A stretch of 64,000 bases of DNA from Paraspadella gotoi (GCA_051294375.1 CM119269.1:15776617-15840616), one strand, 5' to 3'. Shown: positions 12,552-24,480, numbered from the stretch's first letter. Notes: generated by a model not told the origin, from the sequence alone. Made by a program: numbers and translations.

Positions 12552-13190
12552 CGAAGCAAAGGAGTTTACGACCTAATTGAATGAGGTCCGCATTTAGGGA
12601 TGGCGTTTTCTACTGCTTCTTCTTCTTCTTCTTCTTCGGCACTATTTGTCAAAAGCGCCCCTTGTCTTTTCCTAATTCGAGAGCTAAATCCTTAACCTAA
12701 TATCTAAACCGGACCATTTATCTAATCCTTAACCTTAATCTTAAAACCTCCAAATAACTTTAATTCTGAATTTAAGCGGAAATTGAGCGCTTTTGGAAAA
12801 GAATGCTTCAACTTCATTATATTTTCTTGTTTCTTTCCTTTTTTTTTTCTTCAACTTATTTTTCTATAATCACCTTCTTTCTTTCTCTCCTGAATCTCCT
12901 TCCTTTTGTAATTATTCTCTCCTTCCTCTTCCTTCTTTTTCCGACTTCATCTTTCACTTTCCATTAGGCACAAGACAACGAAGTTCCTCTTTTTTCTTTC
13001 GAAAAAGATTTTTTTGCTTCTGGAGATTTTCTATTGACGCTGGTCTGTCGGTCGGTGTGTCTGTCTGAGTGTCTCTCTGTTTGTTTGTCTGTCTGACTCT
13101 GGACTTTATTCTTTGCTCCGGATCTCCGTTAAACAAATTAGAAAAAAATTGCAATGTGTTGAAAACTTTTTAAAATAATTTTGAATAATT

Positions 13191-13765
13191 TTTTGGCAGA
13201 TCTTCTGACAGCTTGTCGGTTCGTCGTTCCCACCCATAAATCATGTCGGTATGTCACTTACATCATCTCAGAATATCGAATTACATGATAAATTATGCAA
13301 AACTATTGATGTCCGTCCGTCTGTCCGTCCGTCTGTCCGTCCGTCCGTCCGTCCGTCCGTCCGTCCGTCCGTCCGTCCGTCCGTCCGTCCGTCCGTCCGT
13401 CTATCCGTTCAAGGGTAGGATAGTGTTTGATTGAGGTGGAAATAAAGTTTAGATGAAATCGTCCAAGTGGAAATGAGTTTAAATAGAAAAAAACATAAAA
13501 TCTATTTCACTATTTGATTGTGCTTTTTTTCTTTTTATATTAAATGCAAAATAAATTAGTAATTAATTATTAATTATTTTGTAATTCATCAATTTCTTAA
13601 TTAATTTTGTGATCGAGATTGTTGTTTTGTGATTGAGAGGCGAGACAAGGTGGAAAATGATTTTGACGCGAATAAAAAAAATAATATCAATTAATTAATA
13701 TTATCTGATCAGCTTCCTACCGCTAATAATCGTTGGCAGATCCGTCATTGTTTGCTCAAACTTGT
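13191..13765 (+). mobile_element. HINE/DINE-1-like non-autonomous element, short copy
   Basis: T-run, 5' block TTGTCGG..TCAGAA(T/C)ATCGAA..AATTATGCAAAA, (GTCC)n at 13310-13400, one core unit, 3' end ATCCGTCATTGTTTGCTCAAACTTGT. All blocks are shared with 20975-23673. Confidence 0.65.
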
Positions 13766-13893
13766 GACTTCTCAATTGGAAGAATCAATGATTGAACTAA
13801 TTTTTTTATATTCATTAAAATTTAGTTACTATTTGTTCTAATGCGGAAAGGAAAGATAAAAATCTTTTAAAAAAATATCAGATAAAATAAAAT

Positions 13894-13996
13894 ATTGATT
13901 TTTCACAACGAATTTTTATTGTTGTTACAGACAAAGCAAAATTTCTATTCGAAACATGTCTGTAACAATAATAAAAATTCTTTGTGAAAAATCAAT
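13894..13996. repeat. Inverted repeat: 40-bp arms, 23-nt spacer
   Basis: 13894-13933 pairs with 13957-13996 with 2 mismatches. Confidence 0.9.
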
Positions 13997-15349
13997 CTTT
14001 TCTAGAAAGAGAGAATTCTCTTAGCTAAATTCAACTAACGAAAAGGAAGGAAAATAAAAAAAATCAATAAATTAGAAAAAAAAAAGATTTTTATTTACTT
14101 AAAAAAAAATTACATATTTCTTCATCTTTATAATTCTGACGGCAGCGTGCGGCGCGGCTCCAAAACGGGCTATTTTTTCTCTTTTTAGTAATAACCCCTT
14201 AAATATGCTTAAATGCGAACATCACTTTTATATATCCAACTATCGCGAAATTTCTGAGGTTTTTTCTTCGCCATAAAATTTAATAGATTTTGAGCCAATT
14301 TTTTTTTTTCGGATAAAAAAAAAATTATCGCCATCTTAAATTTTGAGGGAAAGGCGGTGGTTTGGGTGAAGGGGTGGATGCAGTGGGTAGAAAAGGTGGT
14401 CGGTGTGGGCAGGTGGGTAAAAAGAGGAGGAGAAGATATGGAGAGAGACGCTTTCTCTATGATAGACAGATGAAATGATTTTTGAATATATTTAGTATAT
14501 ATATATATATATATATATATATTTAATATATATAGTAAGCTTAAAATGAAATTGGTTTAACAAATAAAAGGATATTCTATCATTTATTATATATGCTATC
14601 TTGCCTGACTTTATACGAGCTTTATAAGATAATATCAGTCTATGAAAATGGTTCAACCAATATAAAAATTATTCATTCATTTTACAAACTAAATCGTCTC
14701 TGACTTTGGACCAGCTATGGTGGAATAATTACTCCATCCCTCTAACAAGATAATAACTGCAGGATTCTGCAAGCTTTCAATCAAGATTCTTTCACAGTCA
14801 GGTTTATTCACGATGTCAGACTATGTCCGATTATATCAGACTAAATATATTAGACTTTATCAGACCTATAACAGACTATATCAGAGCCCCTCGACCAATA
14901 CAAGCGTATGGGTTGGCCAAAAACAACAACAACAACAACAACCACTACAACAACAACACGATTTAGAGACGATTTCATGGAAATGGAAAGAGGTTTGGCG
15001 GATTGGGAGGGGGGNNNNNNNNNNNNNNNNNNNNNNNNNNNNNNNNNNNNNNNNNNNNNNNNNNNNNNNNNNNNNNNNNNNNNNNNNNNNNNNNNNNNNN
15101 NNNNNNNNNNNNNNNNNNNNNNNNNNNNNNNNNNNNNNNNNNNNNNNNNNNNNNNNNNNNNNNNNNNNNNNNNNNNNNNNNNNNNNNNNNNNNNNNNNNN
15201 NNNNNNNNNNNNNNNNNNNNNNNCGGAGGGTGAGGATCAACGTGCGCTGGACAGGGTAAGGAGATGTGATGCGCAGAAGAGATTATTATCGAGTCGAACT
15301 GAGACGCGGCTCGGTAAGGCGAGGAGAGTAAGGAGGAATGTAAAATCAC

Positions 15350-15532
15350 CTTGAAGATGAAGCGGCGCTAAAATAGGGTGAGGCCGAATCAGACGACCGG
15401 CAGAGATAAGCGGAGAAATTAGATGGAATTGCTTCGCGGTTTGGGTGACGTGAGATGAGAGGAAGTGGAGCGGAGAGGTGAGGTGCTGCAGGGTGAGGCG
15501 TGGCGAGATTGAATCGGTGGTTGATGCAGTTG
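15350..15532 (-). CDS. Candidate exon
   Basis: (CTT)n + TAG acceptor, AAG|GTGATT donor, phase 1-1, open frame TASTTDSISPRLTLQHL...APLHLQ. The next acceptor (CCTGTCCAG|15246) stays in phase and runs into an N gap. Confidence 0.35.
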
Positions 15533-15534
15533 CT

Positions 15535-16453
15535 AAGAAGAAGAAGCTGAAGAAGAAGAAGAAGAAGAAGAAGAAGAAGAAGAAGAAGAAGAAGAAGAAG
15601 ACAGAAAAGATATGTGTCAGGTTAAAGGCTGAGGAGGTCACCCACTGCGCGTGAAGAGAAGGAGGAAGAGGAGGAGGTGAAGGAGAATCGCTGAGGTGAT
15701 GGGGATGAGGAATTGCAAGGATAAACGAGAAGGTACAAGGTGGGGGGAGGAGCAGAAGGGGTAGGAAAGCGATGTATGGAAAGGCTAGGAACAGAACGAT
15801 AGGGGAGAGAATGGGGGAGGAGACGTGTTGAAGAAGATGTTGGGAGGAATTTGAAGGAAAGGGAAGGCGAAGAGAGAAGAGGGTGGGAGGGAGGAATGAA
15901 GGGGAGAGAATGGGGGAGGAGATGAACAGCGGAGAGATATGAGGAGGCAGAGGTACACGTGTAGAAGTTGAGACGTGCGCTAAGAAGCTTTAGAATTAAG
16001 CGGATGTGGTTTAGAGTCGGACGAGCTAATTAGTTTGACATAAGGGAATGAATCTTGGCTGTAATAGTCTTTAGTATATATGTAGATGAAAGAATTAACG
16101 GAAAGCAAGCTTGTCTTTTAATTAGAATTTATTTAATTAGAATGATTATTAGGATAAAAAGCTATGAGGCTATAGTTTAAACAGTAGTCTCGCAAATTGT
16201 ACCCGATTGTCACGTGAAATAAAATAGTTAAGTTGACATTAGACATCTGATGAGATAAAATTCATGTGAAGTTTAGAAGCAGTGTTGGAGACTCGAGAGT
16301 CGCTAAGCAACGGACGCGAGTCGCTAAGGCGCTCAAACGGTCGCCCCCGTCAACTGCATGAAAGGATCGACTACAAAAGACCCCATTTATAAATATAAAA
16401 GGAAAAAGAAAAGGACAAAAAGAAATTTCTTTTTCCTTTCTCTCCTATCTCTC

Positions 16454-16503
<50 letters not shown>

Positions 16504-17629
16504 GGGCTGTTTTTATTCGAGCGTGAGTTTGTTAAACTCATTTCTTTCTTTTTCTTTTCGCCCTCTGCCGACGAGGGGCGAATTCAAATAAGTTTGTTCG
16601 AATATATAAGTTAATTTGAACAAACGCCTTCTTTCCGGTTTCATGCATTCTCTCAATAAACTAAAAATATAATTATTTATTCTAATATTATTATAATATG
16701 TTGATATGGGATAAAATAATATAATTAATTCAAATACGTTTCAATACATATTTTCCTCCGGTGAAAGTTAATTTAATTATATAAACGTGGAGTTAATTTT
16801 GTTATGAAAGCTCCGAAGAGAATTTTCAATAACTTTTTTTTACTCGCTAAAACAAAAGAGCCAGAAATTGTATTTAAAAATTCAATTATTTCTAGAATGT
16901 AAAAACAAATGTATGAATCAATTCATTTCCGAACGCTCAGCTCTCAGCGATGCAAGCGTCAAGCCTCAAGGCGGCGGATTGTCAGAGTTACTAGAATAAC
17001 GAATCGAATTTGGTACTGTCTTTTTTTTTTAAGTATCCCGGTTTATGGGAGAGTTATTTCTCAGGAAGATCAACAGATCGACTGATCCGACAAACGTACA
17101 AGCAGACGTAATCAGTGAAGGACCAGCGGCAACGCCGAAAAATCGTTGGCCTCTGTCGAGTGTCGAGAGACAAAGCGCGAATCGAAACGAGGGTCTGACG
17201 TTGGCTTGAGTCACTCGCGAATATTTGAGGCGAAACCGGCCAGGGCTAGGGTTGCCGACGCACGAAGAACACGCCGACGCACGAGGCCGACGCACGAACA
17301 CGCCGACGAGGTGGAGCCAAGAAACCAATGATCAAAGTGAACCCATGAGGGATGATAACTGCAATACTCACGATGCTAACACGATGCTCAAGGCTACACA
17401 ACAATGCATGAATTCCACGCCGACGTATGAGGTCGACAAAGAGGCCGACGCACGACGCCGACGCACGACACCGACGCCGGGAACCGAAGGCGAAACCAGC
17501 AAAGGACCGCGAGGAAATGGCGCGGGGTCGCGGAAGATTGTCGCGGCCTGGAGAGAGAATGGAGGGAGAAGGAAATGAAAAGAGGAAAAGAAAGGAAGAA
17601 AAGAAAAGAAAAGAAAAGAAAAGAAAAGA
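15535..17629 (+). repeat. ~2.1-kb segment duplicated at ~24497-26560 (likely gap-filling artefact)
   Basis: Collinear near-identity from the (AAG)n tract to the (GAAAA)n tract; copy 1 ends at a 25-N gap; differences are mainly indels. Confidence 0.85.
15646..15690 (-). CDS. Candidate 45-nt exon encoding a hydrophobic (signal/TM-like) stretch
   Basis: CCTCAG acceptor, A|GTGGGT donor, phase 1-1, ILLHLLLFLLLFTR. Could equally be low-complexity CT-rich DNA. Confidence 0.25.
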
Positions 17630-17668
17630 NNNNNNNNNNNNNNNNNNNNNNNNNAAACAGAGAGAGTA

Positions 17669-20600
17669 CCACTGACGGCAAGAGATTCTTCTAAGGGATC
17701 TTGTGCATTCTACAGTGGCGCCACACTGGGCTCTATTATGATGTTTTCACTTTAAGATCCGTGTCACAATATTATTTTTTTAGTCTTCTTAATCGCATAT
17801 TACACCCTCCGCACTTAAAGCCCCGCCTCCCCATATTTTCTTAGTACTAAGACACATTTTCTTCTTTTGACACATGTGTGCCCACTGCCAAAGATCCTTC
17901 TAAAGGGATTTCTGTGACACCAGTGGCGCCGCACACGTGTACAAATATTTTGTTTCTTAATCCCCATATTTAACCCCGCATTAAAACGCCAGCCTTCCCC
18001 CATATTTTCTTTCGATACAAAGACAATTTTTCTTCTTTGTGACACAGTGTGGCGCCCACTGACCAGAGATTCTCTAAGGGATCTGTGACACACCAGTGGC
18101 GCCCAAGTGCACAAATAATATTTTTTTTGTTTCTTAATCCCCATATAACCCCGCACTTAAAAGCCCCAGCCTCCCATATTTTTCTTTTAGATACAAAGAC
18201 AATTTTTCTTACTTTGTGACACAGTGTGGCGGCCCACTGACCAAGAGATTCTCTAAAGGGTCTGGACAACCCAGTTGCGCCCACACCGTGTCACAAATAA
18301 TATTTTTTTGTTTCTTAATCCCATATTTAACCCCGCACTTAAAGAGCCCAGCCTTCCCCATATTTTTCTTTTAGATACAAAGACATTTTTCTTCTTTGGT
18401 GACACAGTGTGGCGCCCACGACCCAAGAAGATTCTCTAAGGGATCTGTTGACACCCAGTGGCCGCCACACCGGTGTCACAAATAATATTTTTTTGTTTCT
18501 TATCCCCATATTTAAACCCCGCACTTAAAGCCCTCAGCCTTCCCCATATTTTCTTTAGATACAAAGACAATTTTTTCTTCTTGTGACACAAGTGGTGGCG
18601 CCCACTGACCAAGAGATCTCTAAGGGATCTGTGACACCCGCAGTGGCGCCCACACCGTGCACAATAATATTTTTTTGTTTCTTTAATCCCCATTAATTTA
18701 ACCCCCGTCGTACTTAAAAGCCCAGCCTTTCCCCGATCACTTTTATTCTTTAGATACAAAGACAATTAGTGTCTTTGTGACACAGTGTGGCGGCCACTGA
18801 ACCAAGAATTCTCTAAGGGAGTCTTGTGACCACCCAGTGGCGACACACACTACCTTGTCCCACAATAATGATTTTTTGTTTCTTAATCCCCATATTAACC
18901 CCCGCACTTAAAAGCCCAGCCTTCCCCAATTTTTCTTTAATACAAAGACAATTTTTTCTTCTTTGTGACACGTGTGGCGCCCACTGAACCAAGAGAATCC
19001 TAAGGGATCTGTGACAACCCAGTGCGCCCAAACGTGTCACAAATAATATTTTTTTTGTTTTCTTAATCCCCATATTTTTACCCCCGCACTAAAGCCCCAG
19101 CCTTCCCCATAGTATTTTTCTTTAGAATCAAAGACAATTTTCTTCTTTGTGGACACAGTGTTGGCGCCCTACTGACCAAGAGATTCTCTAAGGGATCTGT
19201 GACCACCCAAGTGGCGCCCACACCGTGTCAACAAATATATTTTTTTTGTTCTTATCCCATAATTTAACTCCCCAGCACTTAAAAGCCCCAGCCTTCCCAT
19301 ATTTTTCTTTAGATACAAGACAATTTTTCTTCTTTGTGACACAGTTGTGGCGCCCACTGACCAGAGTTCTCTAAGTGATCTTGACACCCCAGTGGCGCCA
19401 CACGTGTCACAAATAATATTTTTCTTGTTTCTTAATCCGCCATATTTAACCCCCGCACTTAAAGCCCCAGCCTTCCCCATATTTTTCTTTAGATACAAAG
19501 ACAATTTTCTTCTTTGTGACAGCAGTGTGGCGCCCACTGACCAAGAGATTCTCTAAGGGATCTGTGACACCCAGTGGCGCGCGCCACACCGTGTCCACCA
19601 AATAATATTTTTTTGTTTCTTAATCGCCCATATTTAAAACCCCGCAACTTAAAAGCCCCAGCCTTCCCCATATTTTTCTTTAGATACAAAGACAATTTTC
19701 TTCTTGTGACACAGTGTGGGCGCCCACTGGCCAAGAGATTCCTCTAAGGGATCTGTGACACCCAGTGGCGGCCCACACGGTGTCACAAATAATATTTTTT
19801 TGTTTCTTAATTCCCCATATTTAAACCCCCGCACTTAAAAGCCCCAGCCTTCCCATATTTTTCTTTAGATACAAAGACAATTTCTTTACTTTTGACACAG
19901 TGTGGCCGCCCACTGACCAAGAGATTCTCTAAGGGATCTGTGACACCCAGTGGCGCCCACACCGGTGTCACAAATAATATTTTTTTTGTTTCTTAATACC
20001 ATATTTAAACACCGTCCGCACTTAAAAGCCCAGCCTTCCCCATATTTCTTTAGACTACAAAAGACAATTTTTCTTCTTTGTGACACAGTGTGGGCGGCCG
20101 CACTGACCATAGAGATTCTCCTAAGGGATCTGTGACACCCAGTGGCGCCCACATTCCGGTGTCACAAATAATAATTTTTTTGTTTCTTTATCCCATATTA
20201 ACCCCGCACTAAAAAGCCCCAGCCTTCCCCATATTTTTCTTTAGATACAAAGACAATTTTTCTTCTTTTGTGACACAGTGTGGCGCCCATCTGAACCAAG
20301 AGAATTCTCTAGAGGGATCTGGTGACACCCAGTGGCGCCCACACCGTGTCACAAATAATATTTTTTTCTGTTCTTAATCCCCATATTTAACCCGCACTTA
20401 AAAGCCCCAGCCTTCCCCATATTTTTTCTTAGAAATACAAAGACAATTTTTCTTCTTTGTGACAAGTGTGGCGCCCACTGAACCAGAGATTCTCTAAGGG
20501 ATCTGTGACAAACCCAGTGGCGCACACCGTGTCACAAAAAATTTTTTTGTTTCTTAATCCCCATATTTTAACCCGCACTTAAAGCCCAGCGCTTCCCCCA

Positions 20601-20735
20601 TATTTTTCTTTAGTACAAAGACAATTTTTCTTCTTGTGACACAGTGTGGCGCCCACTGACCCAAGAGATTCTCTAAGGATACAGATGGCGCCACACCGTG
20701 TCACAAATAATATTCTTGTTTCTTAATCCCTTTTT
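17669..20735. repeat. Tandem satellite, ~182-186-bp monomer, ~17 copies, each with a 26-bp inverted repeat
   Basis: GAGATTCTCTAAGGGATC-like marker recurs 17 times (about 17682 to 20666); monomer differences are mostly indels typical of raw long reads. Confidence 0.95.
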
Positions 20736-20832
20736 AACATAAATATTTTTTGTATCTTCATAAAAATGGGGAAGGCTGGGGCCTTTTTAGTGCGGGGGTT
20801 AAAAATGGGGATAACAAACCAAAAATATCAAT

Positions 20833-20952
20833 TGTTACACGATGTGACACGATGTGACACGATGTGACAGCGATGTGAAACACTATGTGACATGCTGTGA
20901 CATGATATGACAAGAGTGACAAAGATGTTACATGATGTGACATATGTGTCAC
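20833..20952. repeat. 10-bp minisatellite (GATGTGACAC)n
   Basis: About 11 degenerate units; the same tract occurs at 23880-23930 and 24165-24250. Confidence 0.85.
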
Positions 20953-20974
20953 TGGGCATTAAGATTAGTCCGTA

Positions 20975-21682
20975 TCTGCTTATCAGCAGATCCCGACTCT
21001 CATAATTCACGTTGTCGGTCCGTCGCCGCCCCCTCAATATTGTCGGGGCACACAACGTATATCATCGTCAGAACATCGAAGTATGATTAATTATGCAAAA
21101 AAACGATGTCCTCCGTTCCGTCTGTCTGTCTGTCCCGTCCGTCCGTCCTTCACACCTTAAGCAAAAAACTCTAATTACTTCGTGATTGGATGGATGATTG
21201 GTATGAATTTTGTGTGTGGAGGAAACTGTGTGATTGAGATGGATATGAAGTGTTGGAGGGAATCGTGCGAGTGGGAAAATTGGATAAATGGAAAAACAAA
21301 AAAAAATATATTTCATCTATTTGAACGCCAAGCTCATAGTGATAGAGCAAATTGACTTGAAATTTTGTATGTTGGTTAGGAAAGTGTGTGATTGAAGCTG
21401 GATATAAAGTTCGAGGAATCAATGCGAGTGGAAACGAGTTAAAATGGAAAAACAAAAGTATTTTACTTAAATTTACTCATAATTATTATTTTTCATTAAA
21501 ATTGAATAGATAAATGGAAATTAAATTTTGTGTGTGGGTAGGAAAGTTAATGTGATAAAACTGGATATTAAATTTTTTTGATGGAATCGTAGGAGTGGAA
21601 AAGAGTTCAAATTAGAAACGCAAAAGACACATTTATTTGAATTGTTTTAAAGTTCTCTCTCTCTCTATCTCTCTCTGATTGA

Positions 21683-21717
<35 letters not shown>

Positions 21718-23673
21718 TGCTTTGATGATTGATTGATTGATTGATTGACCAAATTATGCATTGACAATATCCCGTTGACCAATCTTAAAAGTTGACATCA
21801 AATATGCCAAGTTGACCCCAAATTCTGCAAGTTGATCAAGTTCTGCAAGTGACCAAATTATGCCTGTTGACCAAATTATGCCCAGTTACCAAATTAGGCC
21901 AGTTGGATAAAATTATGCCAGATGACCAAATTATGGCCGGTTTGACCAAAATTAATCTAATTGAATTCAAATTATGTCAGTTGAACCAAATTATGTCAGT
22001 AGACCAAATTATGTCAGTTAACCAAATTATGTCAGTTGACCAATTAATGCAAGTTGATTTAAATTATGCAAGTTGAACCAAGTTAAGCTTATTACCACTT
22101 AATTATCGAATTGACCTGGAATTTGTATGTGCGTAGAAAAGTTGTTGGTGATTGAACAGGAAACCAGTTTCGATGGAATCTTTTCATGGAAAGGAGTTAA
22201 ATGAAAAAAAACAAAAAAACCTGTTTCACTAATTGAATAATTGATTCTTTTTCCCTTTTATATTAAATGTATATTGCAGGATGTATTAATAAATCAAATA
22301 ATTAATCAGTTAATTAATCAATTGTCAAGTAATTATCAATAATTAATTAATCAGTCAATCATTAAAAGCAAAAAGCTCCAATAACTCGTGGATTGCTGGT
22401 TGGATTGGAATGAAATTTTGTGTGTGGGTAGGAAATGGTGTGATAAAGCTGGATATAAAGTTTGACGGAATTGTGTGAGTGGAAATGAGTTTAAGTGGAA
22501 AAACATAAGTCGCATTTACTACAATTTAACTTAATTTTTAATCATAAGTACTCTAATTAATCAATATTGGATGGATACGATTGAGGTTCAAATTTTTTGT
22601 GTGGGTAGAAAAATGTGTACCGATGCTTGAGTATAAAGTTTTCGGTGGAAACGTAGGAAGTGGAAATGAGTTTAATATGAAAAAAAATATGAGTCACAAT
22701 TTACTTGAAATCTTTTTTACTTATTTTAACCCATAATAAATGAGCATAAGGATCGTTGCATTGCAAAGAGAGAGAGAGAGATAGAGGAGAGAGAGAGAGA
22801 GAGAGTCCGATATAAAAAAATTACGAAATAAAAAAGTTGTTACTTTTTACTCACTGAATTAAAAATACTTAAAATAACTTACAAAATACATAAATTGATA
22901 AAATTATTAATTTCCGATAACATTGTTAATCACAATGCAATATATCTATGTAGGCGGGCCAAAATTGACACTTTTTAATAACTTTAGTTCTCCCTCAAAA
23001 AAATTTATTTTTTTCTTCTACTACTAAATCAATTTTCAATGTAATCGTTTTTGAATTAGTTTTCATTGGGTTGTTGCATCTGAAGCTTTTAACATATTTT
23101 ATTCATATTAATAATTATATAAAAGTTTTGGACGGAATTGTGCCGTGGAAATGAGTTTAGAGAGAAAAACATAAGTCACATTATTTGAATCTTTCATATT
23201 AATGATTACTAATAATGTTTAATTAATTAATTACTTAATTAATTAATGGGAAAAATGATGCAAGCTAAAAAAAATGTTAAAAAGCATAAAGATCGTCGCA
23301 TTTGCATAAAATAAGAGAGAGAGAGAAATAGAGAGATAGAGAGATAGAGAGATAGAGAGCTGAGAGATAGAGAGATAGAGAGAATAGAAGAGATAGGAGA
23401 TAGAGAGATAGAGAGATAGGAGAGATAGTGAGAGGAGAGAGAGAGAGAGAAGGAGGCATAAAATCAGAGGATAATTTGTTTGTTTTTGATAAAATGTACA
23501 CAAACATATTTAATAACTTCGCTAACCCAATTTTAAGGACATCGATGATGATAAGTTGAATATAAATTTAAAATAATATTACATAATTAAAAATTAATTA
23601 ATTAATTAATAATCGATTAATAATTAATTAATAATTATCAATAGCAATCCGACATGTTTGGCTCCAAACTTGT
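20975..23673 (+). mobile_element. HINE/DINE-1-like element, long copy with about 7 internal ~160-bp core repeats
   Basis: Same 5' block, GTCC/GTCT tract and 3' end as 13191-13765. Core unit (AATTTTGTGTGTGGGTAGGAAA..GTGGAAATGAGTT) near 21205, 21360, 21523, 22120, 22411, 22590 and partially 23120. Confidence 0.65.
21748..22085. repeat. 18-19-bp minisatellite (GTTGACCAAATTATG(C/T)CA)n preceded by (TGAT)n
   Basis: About 17-18 degenerate units visible inside the long HINE-like element. Confidence 0.9.
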
Positions 23674-23684
23674 TTATTTAGTAA

Positions 23685-24480
23685 TCACCATATTTAACCC
23701 ACGCCACTTAAACATGCCAGCCTTCCCGATATTTATTTCTCATAATTTTTTTAATATAAAAAAAACACTTCCCCTAATGGATTCGAACCCTGGACTACTA
23801 GAATCTTATTTCAACATGTAACGGCCATCTTGCGGGAAAATTAGAAACCCAAAAATAAGAATTTTTTTTTTTTCTTTTACGATGTGACACGAGGTGACAT
23901 GATGTGACAAGATGTTACATGATGTTGACGATATGTTTTCATGGGGCATATGATTTTTAGTTAGTTAATCCCATATTGAACACCCGCATTAAACGTCCAG
24001 CCTTCCGATTATTGTATTTCTCAATAATTTTTTAATATAAAAAAACCTTCCCTAATGGAATCGAACCCTGGACTACGTAAATCTTTTTATTTTCAACATG
24101 TAACTGGCCATCCTTTCGGGAGAAATTAGAAACCCAAATATAAGAAAAAAATTTTCCCTTTTTGGATGTGAGCACGAATGTGACACTGCTGAAGTGACAC
24201 GATGTGACACGGGGGTGACACGATGTGGCTAATGTGACTATATGTGTCACTGGGCACTGGGAATTTTTGAATTTGCTCATCCCATATTTAACCCCCGCAC
24301 TTAAAAAGGCCTCCAGCCTTCCCTCATTATTTAAATGTTTTGTTTTATGAAAAATACTTTTTCCTAACGGAATCGAAACTCGGACTAGTAGAATCTTTTA
24401 TTTTGACATGTCATGGAATACCTTGTGGGAGAATTAGAAATGCAAAAATAAGGAGAAATTTTTCTGCCTTTTGACAGTGG
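23685..24480. repeat. Three diverged ~280-310-bp tandem units (third incomplete)
   Basis: Each begins CCATATT(T)AAC..CGCAC.TAAA..CCAGCCTTCC and contains GGA(T/A)TCGAA(C/A)C..GGACTA at 23779, 24057, 24369. Confidence 0.85.

Noticed and set aside
17669-20735. CRISPR-like array, or coding repeat ORFs (many minus-strand ORFs)
   Set aside because: No variable spacers and no cas genes; the ORFs shift frame between monomers.
23775-23830. Intact tRNA gene
   Set aside because: B box and weak A box only; no acceptor or anticodon stems discernible.
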